Notes: a model not told the origin generated them from the sequence alone. Positions 44,155-53,055 are shown, counted from the stretch's first letter. The stretch is DNA of 64,000 nt from Pseudothermotoga sp. (GCA_031962025.1 JAVRKW010000005.1), one strand, 5' to 3'. A program made the numbers and translations.

Positions 44155-44707
44155 AGAACCACCCTATCATGCAGGTTGTAGTTTTTCTTGGAATCATGAC
44201 TCCACTTTCCAGAACTCTCACACGATCAACCTTTAAAAGTTCTTCCACCAAGTATTTGTTTGTTCTCAGATCTATATCCCCATAGCCCGGAGAAAAGCGC
44301 ATAGTCCCTTCACCGAACCTTTCTCTGAGTGACTGGTCGAACCTCTCATTGAGCGTTTCAAGAGCTTCAGATGCCCATGAGTCAACTATAAAGGCATCAA
44401 AAGTTCTCTGTTGATCTGCCAGTTGTGATATCAAAAGGTCTATTTCTGAGCCAAGTGTGGAGAGAAATATTGTCATCTTTTTGATGTTCTTAAAACTCGA
44501 TGGAATGATTTGTATGGGTAATTCAAAAACATCAAAGGTGTTGTAATAAACGACAGGTTGTATTTTATCCAGTGCGATCAAAAACAACTGGTTGACGCGA
44601 TGTATGAAATATTCGTCAATCTTTCCATATCTTGCTCCTGCCCTTGCTAAGAAAATCTTTTTGTCTGGCATACAATCCAATCGATCTGGATGAAATACTT
44701 CGCTCAC
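44141..44707 (-). CDS. Stand-alone methionine synthase reactivation (AdoMet-binding) domain
   Basis: STLG, DSWASEALE, RFSPGYGD, MIPRKT; adjacent to a MetH that lacks this domain. Confidence 0.88.
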   Translation of the reverse strand: MSEVFHPDRLDCMPDKKIFLARAGARYGKIDEYFIHRVNQLFLIALDKIQPVVYYNTFDVFELPIQIIPSSFKNIKKMTIFLSTLGSEIDLLISQLADQQRTFDAFIVDSWASEALETLNERFDQSLRERFGEGTMRFSPGYGDIDLRTNKYLVEELLKVDRVRVLESGVMIPRKTTTCMIGWFYEKK

Positions 44708-44727
44708 CCTTCTCCCTCCAGAAACTT

Positions 44728-44759
44728 AAAAAAAAGGCGTTTCCATTTTTGGAAACGCC
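44728..44759 (-). terminator. Intrinsic terminator (attenuator) upstream of the met operon
   Basis: Minus strand GGCGTTTCCA-AAAA-TGGAAACGCC followed by T8. Confidence 0.9.
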
Positions 44760-44782
44760 CCTGTTATTATCTCCAAGCACGA

Positions 44783-44875
44783 CTAAAAGCCTGGAGATAT
44801 TCCAGGGGCATGAATGCACATTATCATAGCCATCACGCTGTTTTTGAGTTGAATCAACATGCTATGATTTCTCAT
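44783..44875 (-). CDS. Putative Met-rich attenuator leader peptide, 30 aa: MRNHSMLIQLKNSVMAMIMCIHAPGISPGF
   Basis: GGAGG (44887-44883) 7 nt before ATG; Met at codons 1, 6, 15, 17, 19 and Cys at 20; stop 23 nt before the terminator; TATAAT at 44907-44902. Confidence 0.75.
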   Translation of the reverse strand: MRNHSMLIQLKNSVMAMIMCIHAPGISPGF

Positions 44876-45038
44876 TGCAAAACCTCCACTTTGTTTTACT
44901 TATTATATATGCCAAAAAATTACGCTTTTATTTTTGAAAGGTAAAAAATAAATAGCATGGGCATTTTTAAAGCCTTTTCCTTCTCTTAGTACTTTTGAAA
45001 AAATGCAAATGAGATAATGGTGAATGAGGTGAGATTAA

Positions 45039-45722
45039 TTGGGCAATTTCCTCTTCATGGGACTTGAATACATCGTTTCATGTTTAACGGTGTTGTTTGC
45101 CATAAGATTTCTGAAGAAAGAGGGATTGTACGTAGCACTTGCAACTTTGATAGTCGCATCGAATTTAGGGGTGGCAAAACTCTTTAATCTTTTCAGCCTT
45201 GAAGTGACAGCCGCAAACATGAGCATGGGTATGGCTTTTGCTGTTTATTCCATTATCACAGAAGTCTATGGACAGAAAGAAGGAAGAAAAGCCGTATGGA
45301 TAGGCTTCTTTGCCCAGTTTGTTTTTGTGATTCTTGGACTTGTATATGTGGGATACACTCCCTCTTCAAATGACATAGCGCAGAGTTATCTTTCAAGTGC
45401 CTTTGCCTTTACACCGAGAATAGCCTTTGCCAGCTGGACTGCTTATATACTTTCAGGATACTTCGCCGTCTGGGTGCATGATAAGCTGAGAACAAGAACA
45501 AAACTGTGGATGAGAAACAATATTGCAACAAAACTTGGACAAATCTTGGACAATCTCGTTTTCGTAACCATTGCATTCGCGGGTGTGTACGATCTTAAAA
45601 CATTGATCGATATATACATTACAACAACGATCATCGAGTTTGCTTTAGACTACGTTGACACATGGGTTGTTTATGCAGGTGTATCTATGCTGAAAAAAGA
45701 TTTAGCCATTGCAAAAAACTGA
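45039..45722 (+). CDS. Queuosine precursor transporter (YhhQ/Vut_1 family)
   Basis: SN..VAKL, IITEVYG..EGRKAVWIGF, PRIAFASW.AY, RNNIAT..GQILDN.VF.TIAF. Confidence 0.85.
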   Translation: MGNFLFMGLEYIVSCLTVLFAIRFLKKEGLYVALATLIVASNLGVAKLFNLFSLEVTAANMSMGMAFAVYSIITEVYGQKEGRKAVWIGFFAQFVFVILGLVYVGYTPSSNDIAQSYLSSAFAFTPRIAFASWTAYILSGYFAVWVHDKLRTRTKLWMRNNIATKLGQILDNLVFVTIAFAGVYDLKTLIDIYITTTIIEFALDYVDTWVVYAGVSMLKKDLAIAKN

Positions 45723-45744
45723 ATATTTTTCTGGAGGTGAGATA

Positions 45745-46305
45745 ATGAAAACACACCAGCAGTATCTGGTGAGAGAAAATGTCTGGTACAGGATTGTGGC
45801 AACGCTGACCTTTACTGTCTTGACAGGCATTGCGGCTCAGATAAGAATTCCTCTTCCTTTCAGCCCGGTGCCAGTTACGGGACAGACTTTTGTGGTTTTA
45901 CTTGCTCCACTTTTGATCAACAAACTGGCAGTTTTCAGTCAGATTTTTTACGTATTACTCGGTGTACTCGGTATTCCATGGTTTTCTTCAAGAAGCGCTG
46001 GACTTAACGCATTGATTGGTCCAACAGGTGGTTATCTGATAGGGTTTATCTTTGCATCGTTGTTCATCAGTTACGCTTTAAGATCAAAGAAACTCAACAC
46101 TACCATCGTACTCTTGATCGCCAATTTTGGTGTCATATACGGTTTTGGATTGACACAGCTTTATCTGTGGTTTTTGGCAAAGGGAGTTCACCTTGGTCTT
46201 TTAAAATTGCTTTCAATGGGATTGTTCCCATTCATACCTGGCGATCTGTTGAAAATCTCTCTGGCTGTTGGAACTCACTGCGCTTTTAGGAAAATCACAA
46301 AGTGA
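45745..46305 (+). CDS. bioY: Biotin transporter S component
   Basis: PFSPVPVTGQTF, GPTGGYLIGF, PFIPGDLLK. Confidence 0.93.
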   Translation: MKTHQQYLVRENVWYRIVATLTFTVLTGIAAQIRIPLPFSPVPVTGQTFVVLLAPLLINKLAVFSQIFYVLLGVLGIPWFSSRSAGLNALIGPTGGYLIGFIFASLFISYALRSKKLNTTIVLLIANFGVIYGFGLTQLYLWFLAKGVHLGLLKLLSMGLFPFIPGDLLKISLAVGTHCAFRKITK

Positions 46306-46323
46306 ACCCCTTAGGGGTTCACT
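46301..46323. terminator. Hairpin shared by the convergent bioY and rubredoxin genes
   Basis: AGTGAACCCC-tta-GGGGTTCACT perfect 10-bp stem; both TGA stops lie inside the arms. Confidence 0.6.
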
Positions 46324-46483
46324 CTTCTACTGGTTCGAAGTCTTCCTTGGAAGCGCCGCATACCGGGCATACCCAATCATCGGGAAGATCTTCAAATGGG
46401 GTTCCTGCAGGAATATCGCTGTCTGGATCTCCTTCAGCAGGATCATAGACATACCCACAAATTATGCACCTGTACTTTTGCAT
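46319..46483 (-). CDS. Rubredoxin (54 aa, not in the ORF track)
   Basis: [54 protein letters not shown]; two CxxCG motifs. Confidence 0.96.
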   Translation of the reverse strand: MQKYRCIICGYVYDPAEGDPDSDIPAGTPFEDLPDDWVCPVCGASKEDFEPVEE

Positions 46484-46600
46484 CCTCATTCCCCCTTTTG
46501 AGTTTAACGAAGGTATATGAAATCTCGTATTGAGATTTTACCACATTTTGGTTGTTCTCAAAACCGGTCTTTGGATTTATACTCTAACTGGTGGTGAAAA

Positions 46601-47782
46601 ATGGAGATAGAGAAAATCACCGATGATCTTTTCAAACCCGATTATGAGAGATTTTCTCTTGTGAATGTTTCAAATTCGATTTTGGCTCATTTTGGTTGCC
46701 AGACATATCATTCTGTTTATCCTTTTGAGAAATTCCTGCCCGGTTTATTTGAAAACATCGACAAAGTCATCGTTTTTCTGATAGATGCACTTGGACTACA
46801 CAGTTTGCAAAAAATACTCCAGAAAGCGGATTTTTTTGATCAAAAAAACATCTTGCAGGCAACCTCTGTTTTTCCCACAACGACAAGTGCTTCTATTGCG
46901 TCACTTTTAACTGCATCAACACCCATTGAACATGGTATTTTGGGGTATATTCTGTACTTAAAAGAACTTGGGGCTCTTGTGAATATGATAGAACTGTCTT
47001 CACCAACACTTGGCAAAGTCTCGTCGAATTTTTCCTCTAATCAGATTCTTTTATCCGAGACGATCTTTGAAAAACTTCTCAGTGTAGGAGTCAGGGGGTG
47101 TGTACTCACCTCGAAGAACATACGCGGCTCTGGCTTTTCAAATTTGGTCCATACGGGAGCTTCGGTGAGAAGTTATCAGAGCTTTGGAGATCTTTTTTTC
47201 AAGTTGAGGGAAATGCTTCAAGAAGATGGTAAGATTTTTGGCTTTGTCTACTGGGGATTGCTCGACTCAATTGGACACAAGATGGGGGTCAACTCGAAGG
47301 CATTCGAGAGCGAACTGTATTGGCTTTTAAAGATGATTCAACAAGAAGTGATCTTTGATCTGAAAAACGACACTTTGTTGATCATAATGGGAGATCATGG
47401 TCAGATTGAAACGCCATGGGAAAACGAGATCTGGTGGTCATGGAAAGACGAAATCTCAACTTTTTTCACCGTTCCACCTGGTGGGGAGATGCGGATGATG
47501 CATCTATATACCCATCAACCAGAAGAAGTGATAAAATACATTCAAACGGTGTACAAAAACCAGGCAATAGCTTTGACAAAAGACCAGGCTGTGGGGATGA
47601 ATTTGTTCGGTAGTAATTCGAAAAAAGAGAGTTTGGAAAGAATTGGTGACGTCGTTTTGATAGCAAGATCTAATTACTCTTTTTATTTCAAGTTCACGGG
47701 CAGAGAAGAGAGTTTAAAATCAAAGCACGGCAGCCTGAGTCCTGATGAACTGATCATACCCCTTGTGGTTTTCAGGAGGTGA
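46601..47782 (+). CDS. Alkaline-phosphatase superfamily / type I phosphodiesterase
   Basis: FLIDALG, SVFPTTT, HGILG, DSIGH, GDHGQ, HGSLS. Confidence 0.85.
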   Translation: MEIEKITDDLFKPDYERFSLVNVSNSILAHFGCQTYHSVYPFEKFLPGLFENIDKVIVFLIDALGLHSLQKILQKADFFDQKNILQATSVFPTTTSASIASLLTASTPIEHGILGYILYLKELGALVNMIELSSPTLGKVSSNFSSNQILLSETIFEKLLSVGVRGCVLTSKNIRGSGFSNLVHTGASVRSYQSFGDLFFKLREMLQEDGKIFGFVYWGLLDSIGHKMGVNSKAFESELYWLLKMIQQEVIFDLKNDTLLIIMGDHGQIETPWENEIWWSWKDEISTFFTVPPGGEMRMMHLYTHQPEEVIKYIQTVYKNQAIALTKDQAVGMNLFGSNSKKESLERIGDVVLIARSNYSFYFKFTGREESLKSKHGSLSPDELIIPLVVFRR

Positions 47783-47786
47783 TTAA

Positions 47787-48236
47787 TTCTTACTGAAAAG
47801 TCCAACTTATGGTATTGTTGATGTTGAAAGAGCAAAACAGATCATCCACAGTTTCAAAGAACACAGCCCATTTAAGATATATATCGGAACTGATAGTGAT
47901 GCACGAGATGGCGTTGTCACTTTTGCAACGGTCCTGATAGTTTACAAAATTGGCGCCGGGGCAACCTATCTATATACCCTTCGAAAGGAACACAAGCACT
48001 ACGATATGTTCACAAGACTTTTTCAGGAGACATATTTGAGTTTGGAGATGGCTACATTTGCGAGAGAAATATTCGATTTGAAAAATCCAGAGATACACAT
48101 AGATGTCGGTTATGATGGAGCCAGCAGAGATGTACTATCAAGTGTTGTTGGTTATGTGAAAGGAATGGGATATTCCTACAAACTCAAACCATGGGCTTTT
48201 GCGGCAACAAAAATTGCACACCGACACACAAAGTAA
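47787..48236 (+). CDS. RNase H-like YkuK/DUF458 family protein; start codon non-canonical or lost
   Basis: The open frame extends upstream of the tracked ORF: FLLKSPTYG...IYIGTDS...ETYLSLE...EIHIDVG..G...KPWAFAATKIAHRHTK; AGGAGGTG RBS is followed by TAA TTC TTA CTG. Confidence 0.75.
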   Translation, partial: FLLKSPTYGIVDVERAKQIIHSFKEHSPFKIYIGTDSDARDGVVTFATVLIVYKIGAGATYLYTLRKEHKHYDMFTRLFQETYLSLEMATFAREIFDLKNPEIHIDVGYDGASRDVLSSVVGYVKGMGYSYKLKPWAFAATKIAHRHTK

Positions 48237-48265
48237 GGTGTAAAATATATAAGGGGGTTGTCGGT

Positions 48266-48727
48266 ATGTACAGAATCTGTTTTGTTGTTCTTATCGTTGT
48301 TTTCATACTCAGTGGATGTCTTTCTCTACTTGAGCTAAATATCACGAAGTTTTCTGAACAAATAGTCAAAGACATCAACGATTATCTTCAAAAAAAAGTG
48401 GATGCAGATTATCTTGTAAGCCATTATGTCCATATAACTGAGCCTGCAACATATACAGATGCGAGATACTTTGGAAAGAAGTTGATAGATGATTTGACTG
48501 ACAGTGCAAGCAATATCAGTCTAATTTCCTTTGGAGATAGCGGGTTGAAATCTTTTGAATTAAAACAACCTCCCCAGTGGGTAGAAAAAGTGTATATCTT
48601 GAGCCTTATGGTAGATATGACCAGAACAATTTCATGCCCGATGCTTTTGATAGAAGGTAAGCCTTATTTGTTGACAGTATACGCTTCCGGAACAGATATC
48701 ATTTCCTATCCTTTGTTAGGGGAGTGA
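48266..48727 (+). CDS. Hypothetical lipoprotein
   Basis: Hydrophobic signal with lipobox LSGC. Confidence 0.7.
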   Translation: MYRICFVVLIVVFILSGCLSLLELNITKFSEQIVKDINDYLQKKVDADYLVSHYVHITEPATYTDARYFGKKLIDDLTDSASNISLISFGDSGLKSFELKQPPQWVEKVYILSLMVDMTRTISCPMLLIEGKPYLLTVYASGTDIISYPLLGE

Positions 48728-48732
48728 TATTG

Positions 48733-49434
48733 ATGAAAAAGTTTTTGATGATCTGTGCGGTGCTTTTACCAATTATCGCTCTTGGAGCAAATTATGGTCT
48801 TTATCATGATTCAACACCAAATAGAAGTACTGCCGTGATGATCTCAAATTTGAGTGATGAGAATGCGTACTTTAGAGTGCTGGTCTATGACTGTGAAGGA
48901 AAGGAAATATGGAAAGAAACTTTCAAATCAAAACCATACGAAACAGTTTACGTGGACCTTGCACAGAAAATACCGCAGAGCGACAAGAACTGGGGACTGG
49001 TACTGGTTCAGTGTGATCAACTGCTTTACATTTCAGTTCTTTACATGTATGGAGAGATGCTCTTTTGCCGAAATCACGTGATAGAACCTGTGCAAATCTC
49101 TTCAGATGCCAAATACTACTGGTATGGTGTAAACTACACGAATTTCGGCAGTTCAGGAACCGCTTTCTGTCTGATGAATACTTCCACCAAAGAAAGCGAA
49201 GTTTATATCAGGGTGTATGATTATACAGGAAGCGTTGTAGATGAACTGTCTGGGACTATATCGGCAAAAGCTTCAGCCTATGTGGATCTGGCAAAGGAAC
49301 TGAGCAGTCAAACCTCTGGAGTAATTGATATCAGATCTACTGAGCCGATAATCATCGGTGTGGAGTATTATCAGAGCGATGAGATCTGGATAGTAGAGAA
49401 CATCGTTGATTGGTATACGACAACAAGTTGGTGA
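48733..49434 (+). CDS. Hypothetical exported protein with two internal beta-rich repeats
   Basis: Signal peptide; repeats ISNLSDENAYFRVLVYDCEG..VYVDLA and LMNTSTKESEVYIRVYDYTG..AYVDLA. Confidence 0.7.
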   Translation: MKKFLMICAVLLPIIALGANYGLYHDSTPNRSTAVMISNLSDENAYFRVLVYDCEGKEIWKETFKSKPYETVYVDLAQKIPQSDKNWGLVLVQCDQLLYISVLYMYGEMLFCRNHVIEPVQISSDAKYYWYGVNYTNFGSSGTAFCLMNTSTKESEVYIRVYDYTGSVVDELSGTISAKASAYVDLAKELSSQTSGVIDIRSTEPIIIGVEYYQSDEIWIVENIVDWYTTTSW

Positions 49435-49450
49435 AAGCTGGAGGGATTTT

Positions 49451-50323
49451 ATGAAAAAATTTCTTGTTTTGATTTCGTTGCTTGTTACCATACTGGTCAG
49501 CGCAGGTTATGTTGTGGTAGTTAAAACTGAACCTTTTGCCAGTGTGTATATAAATGGAGTATATGCGGGTATTTCTGATATAAACGGTCTTTTACAGATA
49601 ACTCTGAGCACATCGGGAGAGCATAGAATAACCGTCAGCAAGAGCTGGTATCTTGTCTTTGATGGGATGGTATATGTTTCTCAACCAGGTCAGGTTGTTT
49701 TTTATGCACCGCTGAGTAGAGCGGGAAGCTTGAGAATTTATTCCAACGTATATCCAGTCGAGTTGTATTCACAGGAAAGATTCCTTGGCAGGGTGGACAG
49801 TGTGAAAGATACCGTTTACGTTCCCGAAGGAAGTGTCTATATCACTTTTAAAGCCAGTGGATACATACCTGAAACCCGTCTTTTGAATATCTCTTATCTG
49901 AAGGAAACAAGTGTGAATATAAATCTGGTAGAAGAAGCCCTGTCGATAAATTTGAAGGTGGAACCGAAAGAATTTTCTCCGAATGGTGACTGGTACAACG
50001 ATTACACAACTTTCTATGTATATCTTTCAAAACCAGCTCAATTGACGATCAGCGTTGTTGACAACAATCAGAACACAGTCTGGCAGTGGAGTGGAAAAGG
50101 TAAAGCCGGTTCAAATCAGCTTTCGTGGGATGGGAAAGGCATACCAGATGGAGATTATACGGTCAAAGCCGTTGCTCAAACTGATAAGGAGACTTTTGTT
50201 GCAACCGATCTTGTGAGGATAGACAGATCTCATTACACCAATACAAAAGAGATAATCCTGACAACAACATTCGTGGCTGTTGGGGCTCTGATATTCATGT
50301 TTTTGATCTCATCAGGTTTATGA
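49451..50323 (+). CDS. Exported PEGA-like plus FlgD Ig-like domain protein with C-terminal membrane anchor
   Basis: TEPFASVYING, FSPNGDWYND, WDGKGIPDGDYTV, C-terminal TM. Confidence 0.75.
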   Translation: MKKFLVLISLLVTILVSAGYVVVVKTEPFASVYINGVYAGISDINGLLQITLSTSGEHRITVSKSWYLVFDGMVYVSQPGQVVFYAPLSRAGSLRIYSNVYPVELYSQERFLGRVDSVKDTVYVPEGSVYITFKASGYIPETRLLNISYLKETSVNINLVEEALSINLKVEPKEFSPNGDWYNDYTTFYVYLSKPAQLTISVVDNNQNTVWQWSGKGKAGSNQLSWDGKGIPDGDYTVKAVAQTDKETFVATDLVRIDRSHYTNTKEIILTTTFVAVGALIFMFLISSGL

Positions 50324-51188
50324 TTTTGTAGGTTGACGGAACAGGTCTGGCTGTGACTCTCTTTTTTTCATCGGTCTGAATCCAGCCAGTCATTCCAAGT
50401 TCGATGGCTCTTTGTACCGCTGCTTCGTATTCTTCTTTGGTGAGTTTTCTTGAAATTAAAGGATCAGATCTTGCACCAAATAATGGGTTGTACTGAGCCA
50501 TCAGAGAGATCGGTACAGAAGGTGAGAGAGAATGAAAAACAAAATCCAGAACCCTGTGAGTACCACCGACGTTATTTGGAAGGACAAGATGCCTGACTAT
50601 AAGACCCTTTTTTCTGTTTTCTTTAAATGCGCCGACCTGCCTGTGCATTTCTATGAGAGCTCGAGTTGCAATCGTGTAGTAGTTTTTCACACCAGAATAA
50701 ACATAACCTGATTTATCATCAGCGTATTTTAAATCTGCCAGATATATATCGACAATTCCATCAAGCAACCTGAGAGTTTCAACAGATTCATAACTGCTGG
50801 TGTTGTATACAACCGGCAGACTGAATCCCTTTTCTTTGGCAATTGCAAGGGCTTGGACTATTGATAGCAAATGCGGTGTTGGAGTGACCAGATTGAGAGT
50901 TTCAGCACCGTGGTTCTGTAAATCCATAAAGATCTCGGCAAGTTCCTGATGGGTTATTTCCACACCGTTTGCCATCTGGCTGAAATTCATGTTCTGACAA
51001 TAAATACAGCGTAGATTGCATCCGCTGAAAAAGATCGTGCCGGCACCGTTTTCTCCACTGATAGGAGGTTCTTCCCCAAAATGAAGGACTACGCTCATCA
51101 ACTTCGGTAGATCTGCGACTTTACACTTACCAACACTTTGATATCGATCAACTTTGCACATAACAGGGCAGAGATCACAGTGATGCAT
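50295..51188 (-). CDS. PflX-like radical SAM protein
   Basis: CDLCPVMC.VDR, HFGEEPPISG..GAGTIFFSGCNLRCIYCQN, NLVTPT, RHLVLP. Confidence 0.9.
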   Translation of the reverse strand: MHHCDLCPVMCKVDRYQSVGKCKVADLPKLMSVVLHFGEEPPISGENGAGTIFFSGCNLRCIYCQNMNFSQMANGVEITHQELAEIFMDLQNHGAETLNLVTPTPHLLSIVQALAIAKEKGFSLPVVYNTSSYESVETLRLLDGIVDIYLADLKYADDKSGYVYSGVKNYYTIATRALIEMHRQVGAFKENRKKGLIVRHLVLPNNVGGTHRVLDFVFHSLSPSVPISLMAQYNPLFGARSDPLISRKLTKEEYEAAVQRAIELGMTGWIQTDEKKRVTARPVPSTYKIINLMRSKT

Positions 51189-51222
51189 TTTTTCTTTGAG
51201 TACAGAAATGATCTGTGAAAAT

Positions 51223-52482
51223 TCACTCTTGATACTCGATCACCGCCGAAAGTTTTGAAAATTTCTGCACGATATTTTCATAGCCTCTGAATATCTGATC
51301 AACCTCGTTGATCTGCGTTGTCCCATCTGCCATCAGACCGGCAATCACGAGTGCCGCTGCTGCTCTCAGATCAGTTGCGCTCACCTGTGTACCGCTCAGT
51401 TTTTCAACACCGTACACAATGGCAGTGCCGTCACTGACCTCGATCTTTGCTCCAAGACGTCTGAGCTCATCGACATATTGAAATCGAGATTTGAAAACAT
51501 TTTCTGTCACGGTTGACGTACCCTGAGCTCTTGAAAGATAGGTTATGATTTGGGGCTGAAGATCTGTCGGAAAACCAGGATATGGCATTACCTGAATCTT
51601 CATCGGATCTGGTCTTCGGTCCATTGAAACCCTCACTCTGTCCTGATCCAGTTGAGATAAATTAACCCCAGAGGCTCTGAGTACATCAAAGAGTGCTACC
51701 AAATGCGATGTGTTTAGATTTTCTACCAGAGCATCGCCCATTGTCGCCGCAATTGCTATTATGTATGTGCCTGCTTCAATTCGATCAGGTATTATTCTGT
51801 GGATACAGCCGTGCGTTTTTTTGACTCCGAGAATTTTGACGCATCTTGTTCCTGCACCTGAAATTTTGCAGCCAGACCGATTCAAAAACTCTGCCAGATC
51901 TTCTATCTCAGGTTCCATAGCCGCATTTTCTATAATTGTGTGAGTTCCGTTCAAAATCGCCGCTGTTGTCATTAGATGTTCGGTTGCTCCGACACTTGGA
52001 AAGGGTAGAGATATGGTCGCCTCGTCCACCTTTTTTTCCAGCTCGGCAGTGACGATTCCATGCTCGATATTTATTGAAAAACCGAGTTTCTGTAAACCTT
52101 CAAGATGATAATCCACAGGTCTAACGCCTATGGAACAACCACCCGGTAAAGAGACAGATGCTTTTTGAAATTTTGCAGCCAGTGGACCGAGTACATTGAA
52201 AGAAGCTCTCATCTTTCTAACAAGCTCGTAAGGTATCTCTGTGTTAGGATTTGATGGAGGAATAACTGTGATAATACCATTTTCAAAAAAGACCTGACAT
52301 CCAGCCGCATTCAGAATCTCTATCATTGTGTGAATGTCCATCAAATCAGGTACATTTTCAAGAACAACTTTTTCATCGCACAAAAGGGTAGCAGCGAGAA
52401 TTGGTAAGGCGGAATTTTTAGAGCCAGAGGTCTCAACTGATCCGGTTAATCTTGCTGGGCCATGAACTATCAATTTGCCCAC
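51223..52482 (-). CDS. murA: UDP-N-acetylglucosamine 1-carboxyvinyltransferase
   Basis: SGSKNSALP, KMRAS, LPGGCSIGVRPVDYH, SVGATE, PDRIEAGT, PGFPTDLQ, DLRA. Confidence 0.97.
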   Translation of the reverse strand: MGKLIVHGPARLTGSVETSGSKNSALPILAATLLCDEKVVLENVPDLMDIHTMIEILNAAGCQVFFENGIITVIPPSNPNTEIPYELVRKMRASFNVLGPLAAKFQKASVSLPGGCSIGVRPVDYHLEGLQKLGFSINIEHGIVTAELEKKVDEATISLPFPSVGATEHLMTTAAILNGTHTIIENAAMEPEIEDLAEFLNRSGCKISGAGTRCVKILGVKKTHGCIHRIIPDRIEAGTYIIAIAATMGDALVENLNTSHLVALFDVLRASGVNLSQLDQDRVRVSMDRRPDPMKIQVMPYPGFPTDLQPQIITYLSRAQGTSTVTENVFKSRFQYVDELRRLGAKIEVSDGTAIVYGVEKLSGTQVSATDLRAAAALVIAGLMADGTTQINEVDQIFRGYENIVQKFSKLSAVIEYQE

Positions 52483-53055
52483 CTATGATACCTCCGACTG
52501 AAGTTGCTGAATCAACTTTTCTAAATCTTCTCCATCATCTGGATAAACCCTGAAAGCCACCTTCGTGTTCATTTCGGCACTTTTTTTCAACGAATCTCTG
52601 ACCCTTTCTACGACTTTTTGTGCGATTTCTTTGTTCACATCGGTCAAAAGGATGGCAAAGGTATCATCAGAGACCTTCCCCACACTGTCCATCGGCACCC
52701 GCACGACATTCTTCAAAAGCTTTCCAATAAAGGCAAGATGTCTTTCAAAGTCTTCGTTTTCTCTGCACAATCTCACCATGACAATGGCATAACCTTTATT
52801 TTCTTCGAACGCTTTCTGATGATAATAGGTTATCAAACGATTCATGTGTTCTTTGGAATAAACCCTCGTGATTGGGTCTATGATTCTGCTGGTACCTATA
52901 TCCTTGACAAAATCGTCGTACAGTTCAAATTGCTTTCTTATGAACTGGTTATACTCTTCAAGCATCTGTTCCATCTGTGCATCACGCATGCGATAGTATT
53001 CAAGTTGGTCCTCAAGGATCTTGATTTTTTTCAACAGTTCCTCTCTTTCATCCAT
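52483..53055 (-). CDS. Coiled-coil plus degenerate GGDEF domain protein
   Basis: DPITRVYS, VR..DSVGKVSDDTFAILL (GGDEF replaced by SDDTF), VYPDDG. Confidence 0.75.
   Translation of the reverse strand: MDEREELLKKIKILEDQLEYYRMRDAQMEQMLEEYNQFIRKQFELYDDFVKDIGTSRIIDPITRVYSKEHMNRLITYYHQKAFEENKGYAIVMVRLCRENEDFERHLAFIGKLLKNVVRVPMDSVGKVSDDTFAILLTDVNKEIAQKVVERVRDSLKKSAEMNTKVAFRVYPDDGEDLEKLIQQLQSEVS

Noticed and set aside
44707..45000. SAM-I riboswitch or T-box upstream of the met operon
   Set aside because: No SAM-I core (AUC..GAG..GA.GG, GCAACC, GUGC) or T-box UGGNACC motif was seen; the leader ORF plus alternative hairpins explain the region better.
44941..45056. preQ1 riboswitch before the YhhQ-like transporter
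   Set aside because: No preQ1-like stem-loop with an A-rich tail could be identified.
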